Positions 1 through 9,370 of a stretch of 36,988 nucleotides of DNA are shown piece after piece. A model generated the notes under the pieces. That model was not told the DNA's origin and made no database searches. It saw only the letters and a list, made by a program, of their open reading frames with translations. How positions within the stretch are numbered: the first letter of the stretch is position 1; every line of letters begins with the position of its first letter. Source of the stretch: an uncultured Opitutia bacterium (lineage in GTDB: Bacteria > Verrucomicrobiota > Verrucomicrobiia > Opitutales > JABJCN01); contig CAJWWL010000003.1 of NCBI GenBank assembly GCA_913048125.1, forward strand, positions 1 to 36,988, in the 5' to 3' direction. The translations under genes were made by a program, and so were the position numbers.

Positions 1-1
1 C

Positions 2-55
2 GTCTGGGGCGACGATGGTCACAGTGGTCGTCATGGTGGTGCAATCTTTCCGTAG
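2..55 (+). CDS. Partial (5'-truncated) C-terminus of an upstream esterase domain, in frame with the 86..916 esterase and ending at TAG 53-55
   Basis: Frame starting at 2 reads [27 protein letters not shown] then M86. This aligns with the C-terminus of the downstream esterase ([24 protein letters not shown]). Confidence 0.6.
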   Translation, partial: VWGDDGHSGRHGGAIFP

Positions 56-85
56 TCTGCCCAATGGATTTTCTCTGATACTGGG

Positions 86-916
86 ATGGAAGAGAACCCT
101 TCTAAGGAAAAAGAGGTTCAAGAATTTGAGTTAGGTGAGGATTCAAAACGTCATCCCGGGGTTCCTAAAGGCAGTGTCACAAGACACATCCACGAAAGTA
201 AGATTTTTAAGGATACACGCCGAGAGTACTTCTTGTATGTCCCTGCGCAATACAAGGCTGATCAACCAGCTTGCGTCATGGTTTTTCAGGATGGACATGC
301 CTTCGTTAAGGAGGACGGTGACATTCGTGCTCCCATTGTGTTTGATAATCTAATTGCGAAAGGGGATTTGCCTGTAACGATCGGCATATTTCTCAACCCT
401 GGTCATCGTGGTGAGAAGTTTCCGGAGAGCCGTTGGAAATCGAACAATCGGAGTTACGAGTACGATTCTCTGGGGGATGGATACGCTCGATTTCTGCTGG
501 AAGAAATTTTGCCGTCAGTTAGCAAGAAGTACAACCTCTCGGACAAAGCCGAAGATCGTGCCATCTGTGGTGCTAGTTCGGGAGGTATCTGTGCGTTCAC
601 AGTGGCTTGGGAGCGTCCGGATGCCTTCTCCAAAGTTTTCAGTATGATCGGGAGTTTTACCAATATTCGAGGCGGTCATGTTTATCCAAGTTGGATTCGC
701 AAGACTGCGCCCAAGCCTATTCGTGTTTACTTGCAGGGTGGCGAAAACGATCTGGATAATATTCATGGTCATTGGCCCCTTGCCAATTTACAAATGGCTG
801 CTGCACTTAGCTACATGGGCTATCAACATAAGTTTGTATACGGTAAGGGTAAACACAATCTCAAGCATGGTGGTGTTCTCCTTCCTGAAGCCCTGCGCTG
901 GCTTTGGGCAGAATAG
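86..916 (+). CDS. Alpha/beta-hydrolase esterase (enterochelin esterase/Fes-like family)
   Basis: Nucleophile elbow GASSGG, MVFQDG, NRSYEYD and a His-containing C-terminal GKHNLKHGG motif typical of PVC Fes-like esterases. Confidence 0.85.
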   Translation: MEENPSKEKEVQEFELGEDSKRHPGVPKGSVTRHIHESKIFKDTRREYFLYVPAQYKADQPACVMVFQDGHAFVKEDGDIRAPIVFDNLIAKGDLPVTIGIFLNPGHRGEKFPESRWKSNNRSYEYDSLGDGYARFLLEEILPSVSKKYNLSDKAEDRAICGASSGGICAFTVAWERPDAFSKVFSMIGSFTNIRGGHVYPSWIRKTAPKPIRVYLQGGENDLDNIHGHWPLANLQMAAALSYMGYQHKFVYGKGKHNLKHGGVLLPEALRWLWAE

Positions 917-923
917 TTTTTCA

Positions 924-1877
924 ATGTCCAATTTACGTAGATTACAAGTTATTGATTCACATACGGGCGGTGAACCCACACGGGTTGTTGTAGGGGGTGC
1001 GCCTGAATTTGCTGGTAGGACACCCAGCGAAATACGAGAGCTTTTGCAAAGTGATCATGACTGGGTCAGATCCGCTTGTATCCTTGAGCCCCGTGGTCAT
1101 GAGGCAATTGTGGGTGCTTACCTATCAGAGCCTACTCTTGATGACTGTGTGGCTGGAGTCCTGTTTTTCAATAACGTAGGCTACCTCAATGGTTGTGTGC
1201 ATGGTACGATTGGGCTTGCTGTGACCTTGGCTCATCTCGGACGTATCGGTCCTGGCGTCCATAAGGTTGAGGCACCAACTGGAGTGCTTTCCGTAGAAGT
1301 CACTGGTCATGGCGAGGTCACGGTTCAAAATGTCCGTAGTTATCGCTATCAAAAAAATGTTCCAGTGCATGTCCCTGGATATGCTGAGGTACTTGGTGAT
1401 ATTGCTTGGGGTGGCAATTGGTTCTTCCTTGTCGAGGCTGGTACACATATCGACATCAATATCACCAATCTCGACAAACTAACTCAGTTCTCCGAAGCAA
1501 TTCGTGATTCTTTAGTCAAGGCTGGCATCACAGGAGAGGATGGGGGCGAGATTGACCATATTGAAGTCTTTGGACCGCCGATGAATCCTGCACAGGCTGA
1601 TAGCAAAAACTTTGTCCTCTGTCCGGGGGGCGCCTATGATCGTTCTCCTTGTGGTACTGGTACGAGTGCAAAGTTAGCATGCCTGCATGCTGATGGTAAG
1701 CTACGTCCCGGGGACATCTGGCGTCAGGCTGGAATCTTGGATACTGTTTTTATCGGCTCCATCGAAGAATCTGCCAAAGGAGGAATCTTACCGACCATAA
1801 AAGGTAGTGCATTCATCACCGCTGAGTCTGAACTTATCATCGACGATGCTGACCCCTTCCAGCATGGGATCGTCTGA
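924..1877 (+). CDS. Proline racemase family protein, probable 4-hydroxyproline 2-epimerase
   Basis: IDSHTGGEPTR N-terminal motif, EPRGH, two catalytic Cys motifs (GCVHGT and DRSPCGTGTSAK), WGGNWF. Start moved from 678 to ATG 924, 7 nt after the esterase stop. Confidence 0.9.
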   Translation: MSNLRRLQVIDSHTGGEPTRVVVGGAPEFAGRTPSEIRELLQSDHDWVRSACILEPRGHEAIVGAYLSEPTLDDCVAGVLFFNNVGYLNGCVHGTIGLAVTLAHLGRIGPGVHKVEAPTGVLSVEVTGHGEVTVQNVRSYRYQKNVPVHVPGYAEVLGDIAWGGNWFFLVEAGTHIDINITNLDKLTQFSEAIRDSLVKAGITGEDGGEIDHIEVFGPPMNPAQADSKNFVLCPGGAYDRSPCGTGTSAKLACLHADGKLRPGDIWRQAGILDTVFIGSIEESAKGGILPTIKGSAFITAESELIIDDADPFQHGIV

Positions 1878-1941
1878 TTCGAGACTTTATTGCTTCATTG
1901 GAAAGACGACTTTTTTCCTCCAAGAAACAGTATTCCTCTAG

Positions 1942-3201
1942 ATGAACTCAGATTCTCAGCGTGTGCTCATAATCGGTGGCGGAATCATTGGCCTATGTTC
2001 AGCCTGGTACCTATCCAAGGCTGGATATAAGGTTGTCATACTCGACCGTGACTCCACTCACCGTGAATCATGTTCTGATGAAAATGCGGGCATGATCGTT
2101 CCCAGTCACTTTATCCCTTTGGCCGCGCCGGGCGTAATTGGGCAAGGTCTGCGATGGATGCTAAATCCCAGAAGTCCTTTCTATCTTCGCCCTCGTCTCG
2201 ATCTGGAATTATGGCGCTGGTGCTGGCAGTTTTTCCGATGTTCCAACAAGGCCAATGTAATTAAGCAAAGACAGTTGCTGGCTGACTTAAGTCTCAAGAG
2301 TCGAGAACTTATTATCTCGATGGGGGAGGAACTGGAAGTTGAAATCGTAAAGCGTGGGCTTGTGATGTACTGCCGTACGCATGAGGGTTTGGAGGATGAG
2401 TCTGCGGTCGCAGAGATGGCCAGATTAGTCGGGATAGAAACTGAGATTTGCTCTCCTGAGCGCATACGTGAACTGGATCCTGATGCCACGATGGATGTGG
2501 TAGGTGGAGTTTGGTTTCCGCAAGATTGTCACCTCGATCCAACTCTGCTTTTGTCTGCACTTAGAAATTCAATCACAATTCGGGGAGGAGAGTTCGTACA
2601 TGCAGATGCTATTCGTTTCAACCGAGTTGGTGCTCGAGTACATAGTGTGGAAGTGGCAAGCGGTGAAGATTTTGCTGCGGACCATTTTGTCATTGCATGT
2701 GGTGCATGGTCGCCTGAGTTAGCACGTGAGTTCAATTTGAGAATGCCTATGCAGGGAGGCAAGGGATACTCCATGACTTTGGAGAAACCGGCGGAGTTGC
2801 CTCGTGTCTGCTCGTTGCTCAAGGAGGGCCGGGTGGCAGTGACTCCTATGGGTGAAAAGCTCAGGGTGGCTGGCACAATGGAGATTTGTGGTCGGGATCT
2901 CTCCGTGAATGAGCAAAGAGTTCAGGGGATCATCGATTCATTCTGTCAATTCTTCCCCGCCTTTGATTCCGCTCATTTTAAGGGTTTGGAGGTCTGGTCG
3001 GGACTACGTCCATGCACTCCTGATGGGATGCCATACGTGGGCAAGGTCCCTTCAGTCGACAACACCATCGTTGCGACAGGTCACTCTATGCTGGGATTGA
3101 GCCTAGGGGCAGTTTCAGGGAGACTGGTCGCGGATCAGATAAACAACTCTGATTCCTTGCCTTTAGACATTACAAATCTCGATCCAGCAAGATTTGCCTA
3201 A
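1942..3201 (+). CDS. FAD-dependent D-amino-acid dehydrogenase (DadA/DAO family), probable D-hydroxyproline dehydrogenase
   Basis: GGGIIG Rossmann motif, NAG, GKGYS, WSGLRPCTPDGMPYVG, GHSMLG. Substrate inferred from the adjacent epimerase. Confidence 0.85.
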   Translation: MNSDSQRVLIIGGGIIGLCSAWYLSKAGYKVVILDRDSTHRESCSDENAGMIVPSHFIPLAAPGVIGQGLRWMLNPRSPFYLRPRLDLELWRWCWQFFRCSNKANVIKQRQLLADLSLKSRELIISMGEELEVEIVKRGLVMYCRTHEGLEDESAVAEMARLVGIETEICSPERIRELDPDATMDVVGGVWFPQDCHLDPTLLLSALRNSITIRGGEFVHADAIRFNRVGARVHSVEVASGEDFAADHFVIACGAWSPELAREFNLRMPMQGGKGYSMTLEKPAELPRVCSLLKEGRVAVTPMGEKLRVAGTMEICGRDLSVNEQRVQGIIDSFCQFFPAFDSAHFKGLEVWSGLRPCTPDGMPYVGKVPSVDNTIVATGHSMLGLSLGAVSGRLVADQINNSDSLPLDITNLDPARFA

Positions 3202-3272
3202 TCTCTTCTGTACCCGAGATTCCTTCAGCAGTGAGAGCCTTCAGGTACAAGCCATCTGTGAAAAGTCTGAGA

Positions 3273-3728
3273 CTATTTCACTGTGATGGTGATCTTCTCG
3301 GATACAACCGGCTTATCGTGCGGGATGTGTGCAAAGTCTGCGAAGACGAGCTGCAGGGTATGTTTGCCGGGTTTGAGTTCTAGCATGGTCTCAGTTTGGC
3401 CAAGGCCGAAGTGCTTTAGCTTATCGCTGGCGGCAAGCGGCTGGTCCATCGGAGGAAGCTTTTCCATGTCGATGAGTAAGTGGTGGTGTCCTGTGTTGGC
3501 TGGTGCTTTACCGTCGGGTCCGACAATGCCTGCGGGGCAAACGCCCATACCCTTGAGACCAAAAACAACTTTGAACTTGGTCTTTACTGTTTTGCCGTCC
3601 TTGGGAGATATGATATAAGTCTTGGCTCCTTTAGGAGATGGAGAACGGGGAAGCTTGGGCTCATCTTTTGCGTTGGAAATCAAGCCCGATAGAAACAGTG
3701 AGGTGATAAGAATTATTATTTTGTTCAT
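3273..3728 (-). CDS. Secreted DUF4399-domain protein
   Basis: Signal peptide; YIISPKDG, FGLKGMGV, TGHHHLLID, HFGLGQTE, LKPGKHTLQL, HIPH. Confidence 0.85.
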   Translation of the reverse strand: MNKIIILITSLFLSGLISNAKDEPKLPRSPSPKGAKTYIISPKDGKTVKTKFKVVFGLKGMGVCPAGIVGPDGKAPANTGHHHLLIDMEKLPPMDQPLAASDKLKHFGLGQTETMLELKPGKHTLQLVFADFAHIPHDKPVVSEKITITVK

Positions 3729-3795
3729 TTGATAAGAGAGGTTTGCTTAGGTGATTTATAATGGGACATGAAGATTTGCTTTAAGACAACTTTGT

Positions 3796-6384
3796 CTAGT
3801 TCAGCTTGATGGGCTTGCCGTAAATTTGCATTTCATGAATGGACCAGTAGAGGCTAGGTGCTGAGCCTGTTTGCATGATTTTTAGATACTTTGCTTGTGT
3901 TGAGGGAAAAATGATATCCGTCAAGGGATGGCGTCCCGCACCTTTACTGATCGGACTCGACCACTTTTTCCCATCTAAGGAAGCCTGCACTTCATAGCCT
4001 CGAGGATAATCTCTAGAGGATCCTGCAGAGTCGAGTAGGATACGATTTACAGTCGAGGTTTCTGGTAGTTCAACTTGGAACCACATTCCGGGTACCTGAG
4101 AAGTTCCTGTATCGAAGCGGGAACGTCCGTTGCCATCCACGACGTTCTTGGCAGCACCCGAGTTGTGACTAGCGGCGAATTTCCACTCACTGCGATTTGT
4201 GAGCAAGGGCGGTTCGAGTTCTTCAAGTTCTGCTTCTGTCCATGGCAGTTTGCGCTCAAGAGACTCTTTGCGAATAGCGGCTACAAATTCCTTGGAGATG
4301 GGCCCTCCTTTGTTACCGAAACTATTACGGATATAGGTGGAGACTGCGGCGATCCACTCGTCGTCGTTGGCGGCGAGCGGAAGCATCTGTCCCGGATAGG
4401 TCTTACCATCAAGTGGCCCAGTCAGACCGTGTAGAATAGTGCGCACAAGACTTCCGCCAGACCCTAGGACACGACCTGAGCCTGGTAGAGGTGGGCCTAG
4501 GGTAACCTTAGGTTGGCCTGCCATGGGCGTTCCCTTACCATCTCCACCGTGGCAGGCATAGCAGAGTTGCTTGTAGATGACAGAGCCTTGCTCCATCTGT
4601 TTTGCATAAAGCGCATCGCGGCGGCGTTGCTCGGCGAGACGGGCACGTTCGATGGCGAGGGAGGCGCGGTTGCTGGCAATACGCTTCAGGATGGGTTTGT
4701 CACCGTGGGCTTGGAGAAGAGAATTTTCAATGCTAGCGAGAGCTTCTGATCCCGCTGTTCCACCACTGTATGCAATCGAATTAATGACCTGGATGGCGAC
4801 ATCTGCATCCTTCTCTTTCTTGAGTTTGCCTAGGGCGGAGATGATGGTTGTATCTCTGTCTGTAAGATGAGGTTCGCTGACCCGGATGGCGGCTTGGCGG
4901 ACGCGCGGGTCGGCGTCCATGATTGCCTCGGCAAGAAGTCCGGGCTTGGCGGCTTCCAGTCCTTCAAGAGTCCAGAGTGCGTGAACTCGACCCAGCGGAG
5001 ATTCGTTTTGGCGGACAATCTTTTCTAGGTCGGGAACGACCGATTTGCCGTTCTCCCGCAAGATAATGAGCTTTTGCGCAGTGTCGCGCCACCATCCGTT
5101 TGGGTGCGAGAGGTGAGTGACAAGCTCAGCCGTGGACTCGTTGAGCATATTAGGCTTGGGACCGGGCTTGAAGGTTTTGTGGACGAGGCGGTAGATACGT
5201 CCTTTGCCTACATTTTTATCTAGTCCCCACTGATCGATGATGCCGCGCAGGTAACTGCCTCGGCGAGTCCAGTTACCCTGCTGAATGATGCCGCGATGCA
5301 TATCAATAAAGAACATGGAGCCGTCTGGTGCTGTCTCGGCCCCAAGTGGACGAAAGTTGATATCCTTTGCGCGTATGAACTCACTGCCTGGATTGGCATT
5401 ACTTAGTACGGTAAGGCCGTTCTCCCGGGTTACATTGGCTCGGCGAATCAGACGGCCCACGGGTTCTGGGATGAACAGATTTCCGTGAAGTTCCTTGGGA
5501 AGACGATCTCCCCTGTAGATTCCTTGTCCTGCGCAACCAGTGAAGGCATTAAGCCCTCCATGGGAACCGACTCTGCGACGACCACCTTGGACGTCTGGCA
5601 CTGCAGCTATTGGATAGACGCGTCGAAAGTCGGGAGTGGTTTGGCCAGAAGCGTCAAACATGCCATAGATGGGTGGTTGCTGGAAGAAGAAAGCAGGGTT
5701 CTCTCCTCCGCCGGTAGAGTAGTAGACGCGGCCCTCATTGTCGCTGGTCAACCCCCATTGACCGCCACCGCGTGGTAGTTGCTCTTTGCGAAATGTGCCA
5801 TCGGTGTAGCGGTAGCGCACGTTCTGATAGGTGATGTAAATCCAATTATCCAAATTCCAGATTAGCCCGCTGGGTTGGTGTTCCATGTTGCCGCCTCGTC
5901 GACCACCTTCAAAAATCTTTACCTTTTCATCAGCGACTCCATCCCCGTCGGAGTCACGGTAGTTCCATAGATCTAAGGTATTTGTGACGCCGACCATCAC
6001 GCGATCGTCCAATGGAAGTACCATGCGCGGAAGAAGTAGATTATCGATAAAAACAGTGCTCTTATCGTAGTTTCCATCTCCATTGGTGTCTTCATGTCTA
6101 CTGATGCGACTATTGGGGGCTTGCTCGTCGGTGGCGTCGGCGGTCTGCATGTAGGTGAGCATCTCTACCACGTATAGTACGCCATTGCCATCCCATGCGA
6201 GGGCCACCGGTTCCTCTACCTGTGGTTCGCTGAGGACAAGTTCGAGTGCGTAACCATCCGGCAATTCGATGGACTTTAGGGCCTCTTCCTTGGATAGAAA
6301 GCCACGTTGGTAGATTTCTTCTCCAATAGCCGAGTAAACCTGAAAGGAAAGAAGTAAGATTGCGCCAAGGATGATTCTGTTCAT
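3796..6384 (-). CDS. PVC-type secreted heme-binding dehydrogenase-like protein (beta-propeller + HEAT repeats + cytochrome c + F5/8 type C domain)
   Basis: Signal peptide; EPVALAWDGNGVLYVVEM, FRP...PDG, GRIYRL propeller motifs; HPNGWWRDTAQKL and HALWTLEGL HEAT repeats; CYACHG with distal MLPL; C-terminal discoidin-like segment (DGNGRSRF...WFQVELP...YWSIHEMQIYG). Confidence 0.8.
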   Translation of the reverse strand: MNRIILGAILLLSFQVYSAIGEEIYQRGFLSKEEALKSIELPDGYALELVLSEPQVEEPVALAWDGNGVLYVVEMLTYMQTADATDEQAPNSRISRHEDTNGDGNYDKSTVFIDNLLLPRMVLPLDDRVMVGVTNTLDLWNYRDSDGDGVADEKVKIFEGGRRGGNMEHQPSGLIWNLDNWIYITYQNVRYRYTDGTFRKEQLPRGGGQWGLTSDNEGRVYYSTGGGENPAFFFQQPPIYGMFDASGQTTPDFRRVYPIAAVPDVQGGRRRVGSHGGLNAFTGCAGQGIYRGDRLPKELHGNLFIPEPVGRLIRRANVTRENGLTVLSNANPGSEFIRAKDINFRPLGAETAPDGSMFFIDMHRGIIQQGNWTRRGSYLRGIIDQWGLDKNVGKGRIYRLVHKTFKPGPKPNMLNESTAELVTHLSHPNGWWRDTAQKLIILRENGKSVVPDLEKIVRQNESPLGRVHALWTLEGLEAAKPGLLAEAIMDADPRVRQAAIRVSEPHLTDRDTTIISALGKLKKEKDADVAIQVINSIAYSGGTAGSEALASIENSLLQAHGDKPILKRIASNRASLAIERARLAEQRRRDALYAKQMEQGSVIYKQLCYACHGGDGKGTPMAGQPKVTLGPPLPGSGRVLGSGGSLVRTILHGLTGPLDGKTYPGQMLPLAANDDEWIAAVSTYIRNSFGNKGGPISKEFVAAIRKESLERKLPWTEAELEELEPPLLTNRSEWKFAASHNSGAAKNVVDGNGRSRFDTGTSQVPGMWFQVELPETSTVNRILLDSAGSSRDYPRGYEVQASLDGKKWSSPISKGAGRHPLTDIIFPSTQAKYLKIMQTGSAPSLYWSIHEMQIYGKPIKLN

Positions 6385-6506
6385 GAGCTTTGTCGTAGGT
6401 ATGGAAATCAGAAGTCGATAGATAATGTGCCGAATTATTGAACTGAGACTAAGTGGATGTTAAGCTTGAGGGACAAATCTACATTGGTCTTGGGCTAGTG
6501 GAATTA

Positions 6507-7970
6507 CTATTTTTTTTCTGTGCTGGTTTCCTCTTCGCTTTTAACTTTCGGGATCTTGAGCCAGAGCCAGGTTGTTTCGTTGATGAGATAGTCTCCCCGG
6601 CTTTCGCTAGTCTGGAATGATCGGGTAACGGTTTGCTCAAATGCCTTTTCATGGGTTTCCGATATATGGATTTGAAAAGGGTGGTTACCTTTGGGGGTAT
6701 CTTTGTGGATGGTGAGAGATACGGTTGCTTCCTTGGTGTCCTCGGCAATATCAAGGCCTTCTGCGCAGATTGGTTCAGGGAGTCCACTCAGCTTTACTTT
6801 GAGTGGTTGCTTGTGGCCGTTTTTTCGGTTAAGGTTAATCTTGATCTCCAACTTTTTTTCGAGTTTAGCCTCGTGGATGTCTTTTGCTATGGTGGGTTCG
6901 AAAGAAGGTTTTGGTTCATTTATTGAGAGCCTGTAATTGTAGTTTTCACCTGCGTTTCCATAGCGTTCTCGAATTTTGAGAGTGTACGGGGTGTCAGTCC
7001 CAGACTTTAGAAGATAACCTGCATCGGGGCTGTTGCGGTCTTCATCATCGACTTCTTTGATAAGCTTTTCGCCATTGTAAACTTCCAGAACAGTGTCGGT
7101 GGGAAATTGAAGTGAATGTGCTTCTACATGTATGTGGGCTGACGTTCCCTTTGATACTTTGACTTTGTAAGTGTCGGTTTCGTCTGGGAGTTTGAAGATT
7201 CCCGCGAGAGAACTTGGGACATTTAGAACTTTTGTAGGGGATAGTTCGGCATGCTCGGCGCTGGGTGGGGGAGAACTCGGCTTGCCGAGGCTCAGTTTTA
7301 GGCGATAGACCGAATTTTCGTCGCCTGCATATTGGATGCTTGTTGAGGCTTTTGATGTGACGGCAAGGACTTGTAAGGTATGCATTCCATTTTGGCGAGC
7401 GGTGTAGACGAGGTGTGGGTCTAGGTTGTGTGTGTCGCTGGCAACCGCTAATTCATACCCGCGAGGGTCAAGGATGTGGAGGAATGCATCGATAGGGGAA
7501 TATAGGCTATAGCCGTCGAGCTTTGCTGATAGAGTCTCTCCTTTTTTAAGATGAAACTGAAAGAAGTCGGTATCGCCTTTCTTCTGAAGACGGCCGTTGA
7601 TCAGGGCTGGAATTTTCTCAATTTTCTGCGCCTCAGCTAGGTGATTGTTTGGTTCGGATTCGAGAGTTTCCTCTTGCTGGGAAATGACAAATGTATGGGC
7701 GATAGAGATTCCTTTTTGTCCCAGAAGCCTAACAAGCACTGGCCCTGGTTGAGCATCCTTTGCAATTGTGATCTTCAATTGTCCGGATTTTTCAAGAGCT
7801 TCAATCGTGAGACCTTTGCGTGAAACCCAGAAATCTGGCGGCCAATCTTCGTGTTTCCCTGTAGCAAGAACCTCAATGGTGGTACCAGTTTGTCCACCTG
7901 GCGGGTGAAGTGCCGACGTCGCTGAAAGAAATGGAAGCAGGCTCGCGCCAAAGGTAAGGATTGCCCGCAT
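6507..7970 (-). CDS. Secreted PPC (pre-peptidase C-terminal)/Ig-like domain protein of DUF1501 module A
   Basis: Signal peptide; PPGGQTGTTIEV, ESEPNN, DTDFFQF, DETDTYKV, YRL repeats. No protease catalytic domain recognisable. Confidence 0.75.
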   Translation of the reverse strand: MRAILTFGASLLPFLSATSALHPPGGQTGTTIEVLATGKHEDWPPDFWVSRKGLTIEALEKSGQLKITIAKDAQPGPVLVRLLGQKGISIAHTFVISQQEETLESEPNNHLAEAQKIEKIPALINGRLQKKGDTDFFQFHLKKGETLSAKLDGYSLYSPIDAFLHILDPRGYELAVASDTHNLDPHLVYTARQNGMHTLQVLAVTSKASTSIQYAGDENSVYRLKLSLGKPSSPPPSAEHAELSPTKVLNVPSSLAGIFKLPDETDTYKVKVSKGTSAHIHVEAHSLQFPTDTVLEVYNGEKLIKEVDDEDRNSPDAGYLLKSGTDTPYTLKIRERYGNAGENYNYRLSINEPKPSFEPTIAKDIHEAKLEKKLEIKINLNRKNGHKQPLKVKLSGLPEPICAEGLDIAEDTKEATVSLTIHKDTPKGNHPFQIHISETHEKAFEQTVTRSFQTSESRGDYLINETTWLWLKIPKVKSEEETSTEKK

Positions 7971-7984
7971 CCTATACAGGTTAT

Positions 7985-9310
7985 TTAAGCAAAGAGCTCC
8001 TTGATCAGACGCCCGTTATCGATGAGCTGTACAGGGCGTCCAGCCGGCGTGTGCAGAATCTGGTTAGGGTCGATGCCCATCTTGGTGTACAGACTGGCTG
8101 CGAAGTCTTCCGGAGAATAGACGTTGTCGTTTGCATAGTATCCTTTGACATCGGTAGCACCAACAATCTGGCCACCAGGAATGCCAGCGCCAGCCATCAG
8201 TACGCTCATGGCAAAAGACCAGTGGTCACGTCCACCTCGGTCATTGATTTTTGGTGTGCGTCCAAATTCACCGAGGCATATCACTAGGGTGTTGTCTAGA
8301 GATCCCCGTTCATGGAGGTCCTCAATTAGGGCACTTAACCCTTGGTCGACTGGTGGGAGTGCTTTATCTTTAAGACTAGGAAATATGTTGGTGTGATGGT
8401 CCCAGCCACCACTGTAAACCGTAACGAAAGGTACTCCAACCTCAGTCATACGTCTTGCTAATAGAAGCCGTTGGCCGAAACCATTGCGACCATAACGTTC
8501 GCGAGTCTTTTCCGGTTCCCGGGAAATATCAAAAGCTTCCTGTGCTGGCTTCGAGTAGACAAGTTCGTAACTTTGGCGATAGAATTCATCGATGCTTACA
8601 GCAGGATCCGCTGCAACCTTGTCCTGAATGCGTTCCAGATTGTCCAGCGTGGCCCGCAGTTCTCGTCGATTTTCTGCTCGTGGGTCTGCGATGACATCAG
8701 GTATGCTGACGTCTCGCACTTTGAAGGAAGAGCTATTCGGATCGTTTGAAAGAACGAAGGGCGCATAGGGGGCTCCAAGAAAGTTTGGCCCGCCGGAACG
8801 AGACATTCGAGGCATCGAGACATAGCCGGGTAAGCCGTTGCGCAAGTTGCGTTCTTTGGAAACAACTGAGCCCAAAGAGGGGTGGAAAGTGACATGTGCG
8901 CCGCATCCCACAGGCACAGGAGTCGGGCGGCCAGTCATGAGGTAGTGATTGCCCGCGCCGTGATTGTTCTGTTTGTGGGCAATAGACCTAACGACAGTGT
9001 ATTTATCCAATGACTTTGCCAACTGGGGAACTAGTTCGCAGAAGTGAACACCCGGCACAGATGTCTTTACCGTACCAAATTCCCCACGAATCCCATCTGG
9101 GGCTTCGGGCTTTGGGTCGAAGGTTTCGTAGTGGCTTGGGCCACCGTCAAGCCACACTAAAATACAACGTGTGTCGTTAGCGGTTTTGCTTGGATTGCCT
9201 GAGGCCTCTGCACGAAGATTCAGCAACTGTGGGAGAGTCAATCCACCGAGGGAGGAGAGGCCCACTTGAAGGAAGTCACGCCTTGTAGTGCCGTTGCAAT
9301 TACTGTGCAT
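7985..9310 (-). CDS. DUF1501 family protein (Tat-exported), copy A
   Basis: Twin-arginine signal TTRRDFL; LDGGPSHYETFDPKP, GWDHH, GEFGRTPKIN, GRDHW. Confidence 0.9.
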   Translation of the reverse strand: MHSNCNGTTRRDFLQVGLSSLGGLTLPQLLNLRAEASGNPSKTANDTRCILVWLDGGPSHYETFDPKPEAPDGIRGEFGTVKTSVPGVHFCELVPQLAKSLDKYTVVRSIAHKQNNHGAGNHYLMTGRPTPVPVGCGAHVTFHPSLGSVVSKERNLRNGLPGYVSMPRMSRSGGPNFLGAPYAPFVLSNDPNSSSFKVRDVSIPDVIADPRAENRRELRATLDNLERIQDKVAADPAVSIDEFYRQSYELVYSKPAQEAFDISREPEKTRERYGRNGFGQRLLLARRMTEVGVPFVTVYSGGWDHHTNIFPSLKDKALPPVDQGLSALIEDLHERGSLDNTLVICLGEFGRTPKINDRGGRDHWSFAMSVLMAGAGIPGGQIVGATDVKGYYANDNVYSPEDFAASLYTKMGIDPNQILHTPAGRPVQLIDNGRLIKELFA

Positions 9311-9370
9311 GGATTTATCTTACTATCCTAAGAATATTCGAAGCGAGACTTTTTACGACATCATTATCCT

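Noticed and set aside
678-923. 82-aa N-terminal extension of the epimerase ORF
   Set aside because: Overlaps the esterase in another frame; family similarity begins just after ATG 924.
6479-6787. Alternative-frame ORF over the PPC-A 3' end near an 8-nt T run (possible frameshift)
   Set aside because: The main frame is intact up to its stop, and the alternative product is low-complexity with no motif.
6507-7970. Calling the PPC proteins (also 17949-20447) subtilisin-like serine proteases
   Set aside because: Only PPC/Ig-like repeats are visible; no catalytic triad motifs.
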